A stretch of DNA of 56,994 nucleotides from an uncultured Candidatus Saccharibacteria bacterium. GTDB taxonomy: Bacteria > Patescibacteriota > Doudnabacteria > UBA920. A model generated the notes under the pieces. The model made no database searches. It was given only the letters and a program-made list of their open reading frames with translations, and had not been told where the DNA came from. Shown piece after piece: positions 1-7,854 of this stretch (position 1 is the first letter of the stretch; every line of letters begins with the position of its first letter). The stretch is from NCBI GenBank assembly GCA_964436545.1, contig CAYTCJ010000004.1, positions 1 through 56,994 of the forward strand. Direction: 5' to 3'. The translations under genes were made by a program, and so were the position numbers.

Positions 1-297
1 TTCCACACCCACCATGAGGGAGGGCAATAGTCCGGGGCCCGTGGTAACGGCAAGGTAATTTAAATTTTCAATTTGCAATTTAGAATTTTCAATTGCTTGT
101 TCTACCACCGGACGAATGTATTTTACATGCGCTCTGGCAGCAGTTTCGGGCACTACTCCGCCCATATGTTTATGTAAAGCAATTTGGGATTTAACTACAG
201 AGGATAAAGTTTTTAGTTGGGGAAAATAATTGGTTTTTTGGAATTCCAAAACCGCTGCCGAAGTTTCGTCACAGCTGGTTTCTATAGCGAGAATCAT
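1..297 (-). CDS. tsaD: tRNA N6-adenosine threonylcarbamoyltransferase TsaD (Kae1/Gcp family), N-terminal 99 codons only; the rest lies beyond the left window edge
   Basis: Minus-strand frame is open from ATG at 297 to position 1. Translation MILAIETSCDETSAAVLEF...GGVVPETAARAHVKYI...LAVTTGPGLLPSLMVGVE matches the conserved TsaD N-terminus (IETSCDET, VPE..R.H, GPGL). It is absent from the ORF track because it is truncated by the edge. Confidence 0.8.
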   Translation of the reverse strand, partial: MILAIETSCDETSAAVLEFQKTNYFPQLKTLSSVVKSQIALHKHMGGVVPETAARAHVKYIRPVVEQAIENSKLQIENLNYLAVTTGPGLLPSLMVGVE

Positions 298-343
298 TCT
301 GGTATTCTTTTTGCTTTGTCTGTTAATTGTCAATTGTTACAAG

Positions 344-805
344 TTAATTGCTTTTACTGTTATCCCAGCTGGTTAACATTTCTAAAATTTGCCCGTGTGC
401 GCTTGGAGTGTCATCGCTGGCAAATTTTTGGACTAAGGGTTTTATGGCAATTCCGCCTCTTACCGTAAAGTTGCCAATGAGGCGCATAAATTTTGGGTTC
501 ATTAATTGCCAGAGATCGTTAAATATTCGATTGCTTACATCTTCGTGAAATTCGCCGTGGTTTCTAAAAGAAAATAAATAGAGTTTTAAAGATTTGCTCT
601 CTACCATTTTAATTCTGGGCACGTAAACAATTTCGAACTGGGCAAAGTCCGGTTGGCCGGTTATGGGGCAAATGCTGGTAAATTCGTTGCAAATTAAGGG
701 GACTAAATATAAATTTTCCGGATGTTGGTTGTTAAAACTTTCCAAAATTTTGCTACTGGGTTTTGTGGGGATTTTAACATTTTTACCTAAAGATTTAAGG
801 GTCAT
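344..805 (-). CDS. queF: NADPH-dependent 7-cyano-7-deazaguanine (preQ0) reductase, type I QueF
   Basis: 153 aa. Has the catalytic-Cys motif CPITGQPDF and the [17 protein letters not shown] motif characteristic of QueF. Size fits unimodular QueF. Confidence 0.9.
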   Translation of the reverse strand: MTLKSLGKNVKIPTKPSSKILESFNNQHPENLYLVPLICNEFTSICPITGQPDFAQFEIVYVPRIKMVESKSLKLYLFSFRNHGEFHEDVSNRIFNDLWQLMNPKFMRLIGNFTVRGGIAIKPLVQKFASDDTPSAHGQILEMLTSWDNSKSN

Positions 806-850
806 AGATTAAATTTAATGGTGAATATAGAGCATTTTAACATCTTTTGA

Positions 851-879
851 GAAAAAATAAAACCGCTTTGTAGCGGTTT
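851..879 (-). terminator. Intrinsic-terminator-like hairpin after the GIY-YIG gene (read on the minus strand)
   Basis: Stem AAACCGC/GCGGTTT (860-879) overlaps the stop codon. On the minus strand it is followed by a U-rich run (reverse complement of GAAAAAATAA). Confidence 0.45.
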
Positions 880-1120
880 AAGGACGGCCAATTAAAGCGA
901 GTTTTTTGTGTCTGGGCCATTGTTTAACTTCGGCTTCGCGTTTTAAAGCTTGGCTTAAAGTTTTATATTTTTCACTATAAATTATTTTACCGCCCCCTCG
1001 ACTGAAGACATATTTAGAACCTTTGCCTTGGTTATGGAGTTTTTCTCTCGCTTTTAGGTCTTTGGTCACGCCAGAGTATAGGGTTTTGTCTTTGCACTTT
1101 AAAATATAAAAGTAAGGCAT
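878..1120 (-). CDS. Small stand-alone GIY-YIG nuclease-domain protein
   Basis: 80 aa. YFYILKC...LYSGVT (GIY-like), then KLHNQGKGSKY and KREAEVKQW, which is the typical GIY-YIG / UPF0213 layout. Confidence 0.75.
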   Translation of the reverse strand: MPYFYILKCKDKTLYSGVTKDLKAREKLHNQGKGSKYVFSRGGGKIIYSEKYKTLSQALKREAEVKQWPRHKKLALIGRP

Positions 1121-1169
1121 ACAGGTAGTATAACATTTTACTGATGGAATTTGGAAAAGTTTTTATCTT

Positions 1170-1195
1170 GGTAACCATTCGCGCGAATGGTTACC
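1170..1195. repeat. Perfect 26-bp palindrome GGTAACCATTCGC|GCGAATGGTTACC
   Basis: Read directly. Two 13-nt arms with no spacer, lying between the two divergent GIY-YIG genes. Confidence 0.85.
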
Positions 1196-1300
1196 GAATA
1201 GGGGAGGGGGAAGAAAAGGATTGATTATTTTAAGGATTTGTAGTAAAATATCAAAAGTTTCCACTTTAAAAAACTTTGGTTAAACTTATAACTCTTGCTT

Positions 1301-1500
1301 AATATGGCGCTATCGTCCCACCCTTCGGGTGGTCACCCGCAGGGTGATAATGTAAAATAAATTGTTCCTTAATTCATACTTCATACTTTATATGGCGCTA
1401 TTCTACCAAAAGTAGGTAGGCACCTAATGGTTAGCTTGTCTCGCTTTGCGAGAGACAAGTGGTTTTTCCCGCAAAGCGGGATCACGCTTCGCGTGACACC
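1301..1500 (+). repeat. Two decayed partial copies of the 5' part of the tRNA-Glu gene, interleaved with short GC-rich hairpins
   Basis: 1301-1317 is identical to 1757-1773 (AATATGGCGCTATCGTC). A second copy (1391-1466) keeps TATGGCGCTAT, CTAATGGTTAG and GACAAGTGGTTTT in tRNA order, split by hairpin-forming inserts (CTACC..GGTAG, CTTGTCTCGC-TTTG-CGAGAGACAAG). Further hairpins are CCACCC-TTCG-GGTGG, TCACCC-GCA-GGGTGA, TCCCGC-AAA-GCGGGA and TCACGC-TTC-GCGTGA. Confidence 0.6.
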
Positions 1501-1519
1501 CTTCAAGTAAAATTACAAA

Positions 1520-1783
1520 ATGTATTTTTTATATTTTATTAAAAGTATGGAGAAGAAATGGTATTATGTTGGGATTACAGATAACTTAAATAAAAGATTG
1601 TCAGAACATAATCGGGGCAAGACAAAGTCCACTAAGGCGTATCTACCATTTAAGATTGTGTATCATGAGGTTTATAATAATAAAACCGAGGCAAGAAAGA
1701 GAGAAATATTTATTAAGAAAAATCATGCTTTGAAAGATGAGTTAATAAGGAAAGCAAATATGGCGCTATCGTCTAATGGTTAG
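1520..1783 (+). CDS. Small stand-alone GIY-YIG nuclease-domain protein; its 3' end overlaps the first 22 nt of tRNA-Glu
   Basis: 87 aa. WYYVGITDNL, LSEHNRGKTKSTK and ARKREIFIKK match the GIY-YIG layout. The last codons (MALSSNG-stop) are read from the tRNA acceptor/D-arm sequence. Confidence 0.75.
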   Translation: MYFLYFIKSMEKKWYYVGITDNLNKRLSEHNRGKTKSTKAYLPFKIVYHEVYNNKTEARKREIFIKKNHALKDELIRKANMALSSNG

Positions 1784-1836
1784 GACAAGTGGTTTTCATC
1801 CACTAAATCGGAGTTCGATTCTCCGTAGCGCTACCA
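1762..1836 (+). tRNA. tRNA-Glu (anticodon UUC), CCA encoded
   Basis: Manual cloverleaf, 75 nt. Acceptor GGCGCTA/TAGCGCT (G1-U72 wobble); D-arm GTCT-AATGGTTA-GGAC; anticodon arm AGTGG-TTTTCAT-CCACT (U33, TTC, A37); variable AAAT; T-arm CGGAG-TTCGATT-CTCCG; discriminator A plus CCA. Confidence 0.85.
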
Positions 1837-3337
1837 AAGCATTTCCACCCGCCTCAAAGGCGGGTTTTGCGTTGAAGATATGCGATAATCTTCGAGTTGT
1901 AAATGCAACATAGTCATATACCGGCTTTTCCGGAAAGATCAAACCCATCAATTTCACTTTTTGATAGTAGCTTGCCTGGCTCCAGTAAACAGGCAGTGTT
2001 TCAATAAAATTGAATACGAACGTTACCGCTTCATCGATATTGAATTCCTCCAGCCGATTTACCGTAAGTTGAATTTGCCTGTCAGCCATCTTTTGTTTAA
2101 TCGCCTCGAATTCAACTTTAAAATCTTCGTCAGAAATTAATTCTTTCTTTACCAGCTCAAGCACTTTTGTTTTCTCCAAATTGAGTTGTACGATTTCTTG
2201 GTGGATCACTTCATAGTGCTTATTTACGTCGGCGTACTTGCCCTGCCACACATCGATTATGACTTCCTTAAAAGCCGTGAGTAATTCTGTTTTCGGAGTA
2301 ATATCAGCCAAAAATTTGGAAAATTCAGTCTCAAGCTTATCTTTTCGGACCGCTTTCTTATACGGGCATTGCTTATAGTAGCAGCGGTAATACGGATACT
2401 TAACCTTCATTTTTCCTACGCTCCAGCAGGCTGTTAGGGCCCGGCCGCAATAACTGCAAATAACCATATTTCGTAAAGGAAATTCTTCGTCGTGCCGGGC
2501 ATTGGCTATGGCTTGTCCTTTGGTATAGTTCCTCAAAAGCTTTTGGTTTTTAGAGAATAATTCTTCAGAAACCAAAGGCTCGTGAGTACCGCGAAATTCT
2601 TTTCCGGCGTATTCGATCACCCCGGCATAGAATTTGTTTGTTAATATCTTATGCATCAGTTGCGGTGATATTTCCCTGCCGGTCCTGGACTTAAGGCCCT
2701 GAGCGGTTACCCGCTGCCTTAATTCTTCTTCCATATAAATGCCGGTAGAAAATTCGTTCAAAATATATTTTACTAACGGCGCGCGCTCCGGATCTAAAAC
2801 AACAGCCTTGCGATTGCCGTCCAGGGTAACGTTTTTATAACCGATTGTAACCTTATGCGGGAAGCGGCCGGATTCAGCGCATTTGATCATTCCTTCCCTT
2901 ACGCGTTCGCTTCTTACGTCATTATCCAATTGAGCAATGGCGGCCATCATGTTGCCCATGAATTTGCCGAAGGCTGTTTCATTAATGACTTCGGTGGTGG
3001 AATGAAGCTGGATGCCCTGTTTTTGTAAAAATTCTCCGATCTTGCCGTAATCAGTTGAGTTCCTGGTCAAGCGATCTACTTTATAAACTACAATTGCATC
3101 GACCCTTCCTTCTTTGCCATCGCAATACTTCAGCATGGTCTGCAAGCCCGGCCGTTTTGCGGTTTTAGCCGATTCGCCTTCGTCACTGAAAAACTTTACC
3201 ACTTCGAACCCATGGTCTTCGGCGTATTTTACGCAAGCTTGTTTTTGATGCTCCAGGCTAAAACCATGTTGAGCCTGTTCAGCGGTTGATACGCGGTAAT
3301 AAACCACCGCTTTTTTCTTTATAGTATCTTTGCTCAT
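1796..3337 (-). CDS. Large serine recombinase (resolvase/invertase N-terminal domain + recombinase domain + zinc-ribbon)
   Basis: 513 aa. N-terminus VVYYRVSTAEQ...GFSLEHQ...DEGESAKT..RPGL...VVYKVDRLTRN is the serine-recombinase catalytic domain. CSYCGR...YYRC cysteine clusters fit the large-serine-recombinase zinc ribbon. The last about 25 codons are antisense to tRNA-Glu and its terminator. Confidence 0.9.
   Translation of the reverse strand: MSKDTIKKKAVVYYRVSTAEQAQHGFSLEHQKQACVKYAEDHGFEVVKFFSDEGESAKTAKRPGLQTMLKYCDGKEGRVDAIVVYKVDRLTRNSTDYGKIGEFLQKQGIQLHSTTEVINETAFGKFMGNMMAAIAQLDNDVRSERVREGMIKCAESGRFPHKVTIGYKNVTLDGNRKAVVLDPERAPLVKYILNEFSTGIYMEEELRQRVTAQGLKSRTGREISPQLMHKILTNKFYAGVIEYAGKEFRGTHEPLVSEELFSKNQKLLRNYTKGQAIANARHDEEFPLRNMVICSYCGRALTACWSVGKMKVKYPYYRCYYKQCPYKKAVRKDKLETEFSKFLADITPKTELLTAFKEVIIDVWQGKYADVNKHYEVIHQEIVQLNLEKTKVLELVKKELISDEDFKVEFEAIKQKMADRQIQLTVNRLEEFNIDEAVTFVFNFIETLPVYWSQASYYQKVKLMGLIFPEKPVYDYVAFTTRRLSHIFNAKPAFEAGGNALVALRRIELRFSG
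1847..1868 (+). terminator. Intrinsic terminator 11 nt after tRNA-Glu
   Basis: Stem ACCCGCC / GGCGGGT with loop TCAAA, followed by TTTT. It lies inside the 3' end of the antisense recombinase ORF. Confidence 0.5.
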
Positions 3338-3485
3338 AATTTTTTCTATTAAAAATTAAAGGGGCAGTCCTGGCTGTCCAACTACACCAAAATCGCTTTT
3401 GGCTTTGCTGGCAGGACTGCCGCCTTAATAGCAAATAGGCAAAATAAATGCGATTTTGGAAATATGTAATTGGACAGCAATAGTA

Positions 3486-3695
3486 TTATACCTCAACCCA
3501 GACCATTTTGACAACAACCTCGTACCATACCTTCCGGACCTGCCGAGCAATGCCCAGGCTTTTCTCTTTGGCCCAAATATCGAAAGCCATGTCCGCAATT
3601 TGGTACATTTGGGTCCGGATCAGCTCAACTTCTTCATCGGAAAGATTGTCCGCATAACGGCCAAGTAGGTTTTTAAATCTTTGAAACGGAATCAT
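3486..3695 (-). CDS. Hypothetical small protein (69 aa)
   Basis: ORF co-directional with, and 5 nt from, the upstream gene of the recombinase/primase cluster. No recognisable motif. An overlapping plus-strand ORF of the same size exists. Confidence 0.35.
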   Translation of the reverse strand: MIPFQRFKNLLGRYADNLSDEEVELIRTQMYQIADMAFDIWAKEKSLGIARQVRKVWYEVVVKMVWVEV

Positions 3696-3700
3696 AGAAT

Positions 3701-4321
3701 TTAGGCATTAAATAGTTTTTCGTATAAGTCATTTAGCTTTTTTTGTTTTCTTGTAGGCTTGTCCCGGTAGTGGGTTTTTACAATGGAATCGGATAGCTTG
3801 CTGATTTTGTTATCCAGATCGAAGTCATGTAATAAATGCGGGCCTCGAAATTTCTTGCTAAGATTTTTGGATGCATAAGTCATCCGGTGACAATGGCGAC
3901 AGCAAAAGTATGTACCGCCTTTCGGTTTATACAATACCCCAACCCGCTTACGACAAGCCGGTACCGGGCATAAAAACCAATACCTGAAATTTCCATAAAA
4001 GCATTTAGTTTTGGTCAATGTAATGTTGTAATCTATACGTTTTTTATCCTCTTCCAACCAGGCATCGTAGACAATTCTGATATACGGAGATTCACCATTT
4101 TCAACGTCTGACCTTATTGCCAAAATGAATTCATCACCCGTTAACCAGTTGTCCCAGGTAATTACTCCTGTTTTACCCTCTTTCAAATATCCATGCTGGC
4201 CTAGCCACCAAATCGGAATTTTAACTGTTTCTAAATTTGAAAGACAATAAGAGCGGAGGGTCATATTTCGATGCGTTTGAGTTTCTAAAGAACCGAAATC
4301 ATTAAAGATTCGGTCTACCAC
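3701..4321 (-). CDS. Hypothetical protein with C-terminal Cys-rich (zinc-ribbon-like) region
   Basis: 206 aa. CPVPACRKR...FCCRHCH suggests a zinc ribbon. The start overlaps the stop of the upstream primase gene, suggesting translational coupling. Confidence 0.6.
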   Translation of the reverse strand: MVDRIFNDFGSLETQTHRNMTLRSYCLSNLETVKIPIWWLGQHGYLKEGKTGVITWDNWLTGDEFILAIRSDVENGESPYIRIVYDAWLEEDKKRIDYNITLTKTKCFYGNFRYWFLCPVPACRKRVGVLYKPKGGTYFCCRHCHRMTYASKNLSKKFRGPHLLHDFDLDNKISKLSDSIVKTHYRDKPTRKQKKLNDLYEKLFNA

Positions 4322-6549
4322 CCTTCGTCCAAAGCCGTAGATGGCCGAATAATATCGTTATTATCGCCAATATCGTTTTGAGCAGTTTTGTGCCCTTTGG
4401 TATTGTGTAAATGAATAATACGGCCACGAACCGAAGCGTATTGATTCATATATATACCCTCGTTAGCAAGGCTAGTTTTGAGGATGTTCAGAATTCGAGA
4501 TAATACATTAGCAGCTTTAGGCCACTCGCGGTCATAATAGGTTTCTATGCCCATTTTTTGACCAACCATGCCTAATAACGTAAGCAACTCCGTAGCCGAA
4601 CCTTCCCAATCTGCTCGGTCATTCAAAAAAGCACGTAAAGCAATAGCGACGGGACTTTCGTTTAAAACTTCATCATTTTGTTTTTTTAAGTTGTTCTGAT
4701 AAGCATCTAGAAAATCTTGGTGCTTGTAACCTATACTTTCCGCAACGGCGCAACTCCAGATAGCATAATCTGCCATTCTAGGATGGTAAGGCAGGTTTAT
4801 CCCCGGCTGTATTCGCATTGCATTACTGACTATATCGAATATCGCCCCCAAGATGAACGGCTTTTCTGCTTCAAAATTTTTCCAAATATCTTTTTCAGTA
4901 CGGCGATTTTCCGGAGCGATCCTGTCCAATTCCACCAAAATACTCCTCTCCAGCAGATCCGGCTTTGTAATTACAAGGTTAATTCCATTTATGCCAATCG
5001 GTCTTTGGAAATTGTAAATTATATCATCGTTATCGGTGTATAGTTTTCTTTTACTGAAGCCGTCCCCGGTGACCGCCTTGCATAATTGATCGGAAATCCA
5101 TTCCGGCATTCTTGATAAATTGTCGAAAAATACCAGCCAATTATGATCGAGAAGCTGTATTAATCCGTCGACATCTTTGGGGAAGCTTAAAACTTCAGTG
5201 CCAGATGGATCAACAATTTTTTTGATTAATTTGGCCATCACCGATTTTGCCGAACCTTGAGGACCATGGATGCTGAGCAAAGGATGCGGAAATCCAGGAA
5301 TAAAACAACACACCAAATGCACCAATAGCAGAAGCTGATTTTCTCGGTCCTGAATATTTACATATTTTAGGAAATCGTCGATTTTGCCGCCGCGCTGGGG
5401 CATGACTTGGGCATTCTGGTGGTTAAATCTTCTGAATAAAATCGGAGGCTGTTCTATCGTCCATCCATCGGCAGTTATTTTTACCGCGTTCCAGTTAGGA
5501 TCTGCCAGGTCGTACCAGATGCTTTGTCCATCCAAAGCCACTCTATTAAAAAGCTTATACTCCTTGCCTTCAAACTGAGCCTTGCTTTCTATTACGCCCA
5601 GTGCTGATTTAACCGCGTCAGTATTTGGAGCTTTTCCATGGGCTTCATAGAATAATTTACTCAGCCATAACCGAAAACTACTGCTGTTGCATTGCCAATT
5701 TTCTTTGTGACCGTTTATATTTATGTTTGCCCAACGTTCCTTAAACTCATCATGAAATAGCTCGATCCCCAACGCGGGATCGTCAAGCAGACTGAGCAAT
5801 TGCTCTTTTTGCGGGACCTTGGATAATCGTTTTTGTAGCTCGCGATTTTTTATACTTTCCCATACTTTAAACAATTCCGAGTCGTCCAACGGTGGAATAT
5901 TATGCTCTTTATTCCATTGTTTAAACAAAGGAAGACCAACGGTATCCCATTTATCAGGGTCTATCTGTAAAAGTATTTTGCCGGCAACTTGGGCGGCGGT
6001 ACTATTCCTGCCACCTTTCAAAGTTTTTCCTTCGAGAGTTTCTTTCCAGTTAACCTTAGTTTTGCTTGCGGCTTTTAAAACCCATTCTGGGAGCTCAACC
6101 ATTTCAGCCATATCAAAAGAAACTTTCCACTTATAGCGATTGCCGGATGGATGGATCGAGGGCGGAGCCATAATATAACCTCCATCGCCTCGGATGTCAG
6201 TGTAAGGCCTAATCTTTTTTGTGGAGTTTTTAATCCCATTTTTAGGACGTAAATAAAGATAATGAAAGCCTCCACCGCCTGTTTCAGAAATTACCGTAGC
6301 AATTAGTCCTTCCGTAGACCCCTCCTTTTCAACATCGACTGCTACAAAACCTGAAATTTGTCCAGTAACAATGCCCACATTAGCATTAGGCCAAGTTTTA
6401 AACCAAGACCTAACCTCCTCCTCTGTTGCGCGCCTATTTTGAAATTCCTTCCAACTTTCAAGCAAGGGTTTTTTATTTACTCCCAAGGGAATTACAGAAA
6501 AACCTTTTTTGCAGTATTCTAAAGCGGCTATCAAGATTTCGTTTTCCAT
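4315..6549 (-). CDS. Bifunctional primase-polymerase (Prim-Pol) N-terminal domain fused to a P-loop NTPase (SF3/D5-like replicative helicase)
   Basis: 744 aa. The N-terminus (GFSVIPLG..KKP....W, NVGIVTG...FVAVDVE, GGGFHYLY, PPSIHPSG..Y.W) resembles the Prim-Pol family. Walker A is HGPQGSAKS and there is a FFDNL-type Walker B region. This architecture is typical of plasmid, satellite and integrative-element replication proteins. Confidence 0.85.
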   Translation of the reverse strand: MENEILIAALEYCKKGFSVIPLGVNKKPLLESWKEFQNRRATEEEVRSWFKTWPNANVGIVTGQISGFVAVDVEKEGSTEGLIATVISETGGGGFHYLYLRPKNGIKNSTKKIRPYTDIRGDGGYIMAPPSIHPSGNRYKWKVSFDMAEMVELPEWVLKAASKTKVNWKETLEGKTLKGGRNSTAAQVAGKILLQIDPDKWDTVGLPLFKQWNKEHNIPPLDDSELFKVWESIKNRELQKRLSKVPQKEQLLSLLDDPALGIELFHDEFKERWANININGHKENWQCNSSSFRLWLSKLFYEAHGKAPNTDAVKSALGVIESKAQFEGKEYKLFNRVALDGQSIWYDLADPNWNAVKITADGWTIEQPPILFRRFNHQNAQVMPQRGGKIDDFLKYVNIQDRENQLLLLVHLVCCFIPGFPHPLLSIHGPQGSAKSVMAKLIKKIVDPSGTEVLSFPKDVDGLIQLLDHNWLVFFDNLSRMPEWISDQLCKAVTGDGFSKRKLYTDNDDIIYNFQRPIGINGINLVITKPDLLERSILVELDRIAPENRRTEKDIWKNFEAEKPFILGAIFDIVSNAMRIQPGINLPYHPRMADYAIWSCAVAESIGYKHQDFLDAYQNNLKKQNDEVLNESPVAIALRAFLNDRADWEGSATELLTLLGMVGQKMGIETYYDREWPKAANVLSRILNILKTSLANEGIYMNQYASVRGRIIHLHNTKGHKTAQNDIGDNNDIIRPSTALDEGW

Positions 6550-6553
6550 AAAT

Positions 6554-6799
6554 TTAAAATTTTAATTTTAGTTTATTAGTCACTTCCTCCAAACTCAGAA
6601 TAAATTCAGCCGGACCCGGCTTGAATAAATGTTGCTTGATTTTTTCGACCCGATATCTCAAGTCACTGGAATTTGAAAAACTATAATAAATAGACTGCTT
6701 GCTCGGGACAATATCGATTTGTTCGAGAGGAAATTTGATATTTAGAAATACAGCCTCCTCAAAGTTAGAAGTTTGGTATAATTCAATTTCTTTTTTCAT
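6554..6799 (-). CDS. Hypothetical small protein (81 aa), first gene of the minus-strand replication/integration cluster
   Basis: ORF ends 4 nt upstream of the primase start and runs in the same direction. No recognisable motif. Confidence 0.5.
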   Translation of the reverse strand: MKKEIELYQTSNFEEAVFLNIKFPLEQIDIVPSKQSIYYSFSNSSDLRYRVEKIKQHLFKPGPAEFILSLEEVTNKLKLKF

Positions 6800-7310
6800 T
6801 TTTCTTTTGCTTAATGTTAAATTAAAATCCGCTCACTGCTTAGCTGGCGACAGTTGCGGTATCGACCAGCTAAACAATAAACGGACTTTGGCGCAACTGC
6901 CTTTAACGACACCTACCCGTTTGATCAGACATAAAAAAAGCCCGATCAAACGATAAGATCAAAACACAAATCTTGCCATAGCAAAATAATTTAAGCAATG
7001 GACTTATGTGTTGATCTTAGGTTTGACCGGGCAATATTGATTGATCCTGCCGGAAGTCATTTCACAGCTTCTTGGACATTGATATTGTTGGAAGCCGTAA
7101 CCTAGCCAGGTTCTAAAACCTGGCTGCATGGGATGTAAATTTCGAAGGAGCTAAACTTGATTTTAGTCTACCCCCGTAAAATTTTATTGTCAAAAAATTA
7201 TTGTGGATTATTTTCGTCTAAATTACAACCCATTGAAATATAAGGGAAAATGTTGTAAACTAGAGATACAATTGAATTAGTAGCCTAAACTCTACAGGAA
7301 TGTAGGGCAT

Positions 7311-7442
7311 GGCGAAACAAAACCACTGAAGTACAAAGACGGTCATCCGTCTTGCTTCTACTTCAGTGGTCATAACTCGAAAGGGTTATGGGCAAACCCG
7401 AAAGGGTGAGCCGGGCAAGCGGGTGGCCCTTTTTGTTTGCCC
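7311..7442 (+). ncRNA. Candidate structured RNA (unknown class) or cis-regulatory leader
   Basis: Closing helix GGCGAAACAAAAA / TTTTTGTTTGCC. 12-bp helix ACCACTGAAGTA/TACTTCAGTGGT enclosing AGACGG-TCAT-CCGTCT. Hairpin CATAACTC-GAAA-GGGTTATG and hairpin ACCC-GAAA-GGGT. The two GNRA (GAAA) loops form only on the plus strand. Confidence 0.35.
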
Positions 7443-7457
7443 GTAATTATTACTCTC

Positions 7458-7577
7458 ATGCTCAATAAAAAAGAAGATCGCACATTGCGAATTATGCTCT
7501 TGTTATTCACAGGAATTTTACCATTTTTACTACTTGAATTAATTGTAGATAAATGGGGACATAAAAAGATATTTTAA
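7458..7577 (+). CDS. Possible 39-aa single-pass membrane peptide
   Basis: ATG..TAA gives MLNKKEDRTLRIMLLLFTGILPFLLLELIVDKWGHKKIF, which is below the ORF-track cutoff. It has a hydrophobic core and lies directly downstream of the structured RNA and 4 nt upstream of the next small membrane ORF. Confidence 0.3.
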   Translation: MLNKKEDRTLRIMLLLFTGILPFLLLELIVDKWGHKKIF

Positions 7578-7581
7578 GCTT

Positions 7582-7800
7582 ATGAAAAAATCCACTGAAG
7601 ATTTTTTAAGCCTTTTAGGTATTATGGTGTTTCCGCTGATAAGTCTTATTTGCGGTATTTGGATTATCAGCGATAAATCCATGATCCCAAGCATGGCCCA
7701 TCCACTTCCGGCAAGAATATTTTTTTCAATATTTACTTTAATGTGGGCAATGGTGCTTGTTATCCTTCCATTTTGGTGGTATAGAAAACCACGAAATTAA
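7582..7800 (+). CDS. Hypothetical small membrane protein (72 aa, two predicted TM helices)
   Basis: Two hydrophobic stretches (VFPLISLICGIWII, FFSIFTLMWAMVLVILPFWW). No known motif. Confidence 0.45.
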   Translation: MKKSTEDFLSLLGIMVFPLISLICGIWIISDKSMIPSMAHPLPARIFFSIFTLMWAMVLVILPFWWYRKPRN

Positions 7801-7854
7801 TTGCTTTAGTATCATAAATATTGTAAAATAAAGGCATAAATTCAATGATTTTTC

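Noticed and set aside
61-97. 7-nt periodic TTGAAAA-like tract inside tsaD as an inserted repeat like the one in uvrC
   Set aside because: The encoded AIENSKLQIENLNYLAV aligns without a gap to the normal TsaD segment preceding the GPG motif. It is native coding sequence, not an insertion.
217-548. Two plus-strand ORFs (83 aa and 66 aa) at the left end
   Set aside because: They overlap the tsaD start region and queF on the opposite strand, and their translations are hydrophobic, low-complexity sequence.
3456-3668. 70-aa plus-strand ORF overlapping the 69-aa minus-strand ORF
   Set aside because: It runs opposite to the surrounding tightly packed minus-strand cluster and has no start context. 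The minus-strand alternative is preferred, and even that has low confidence.
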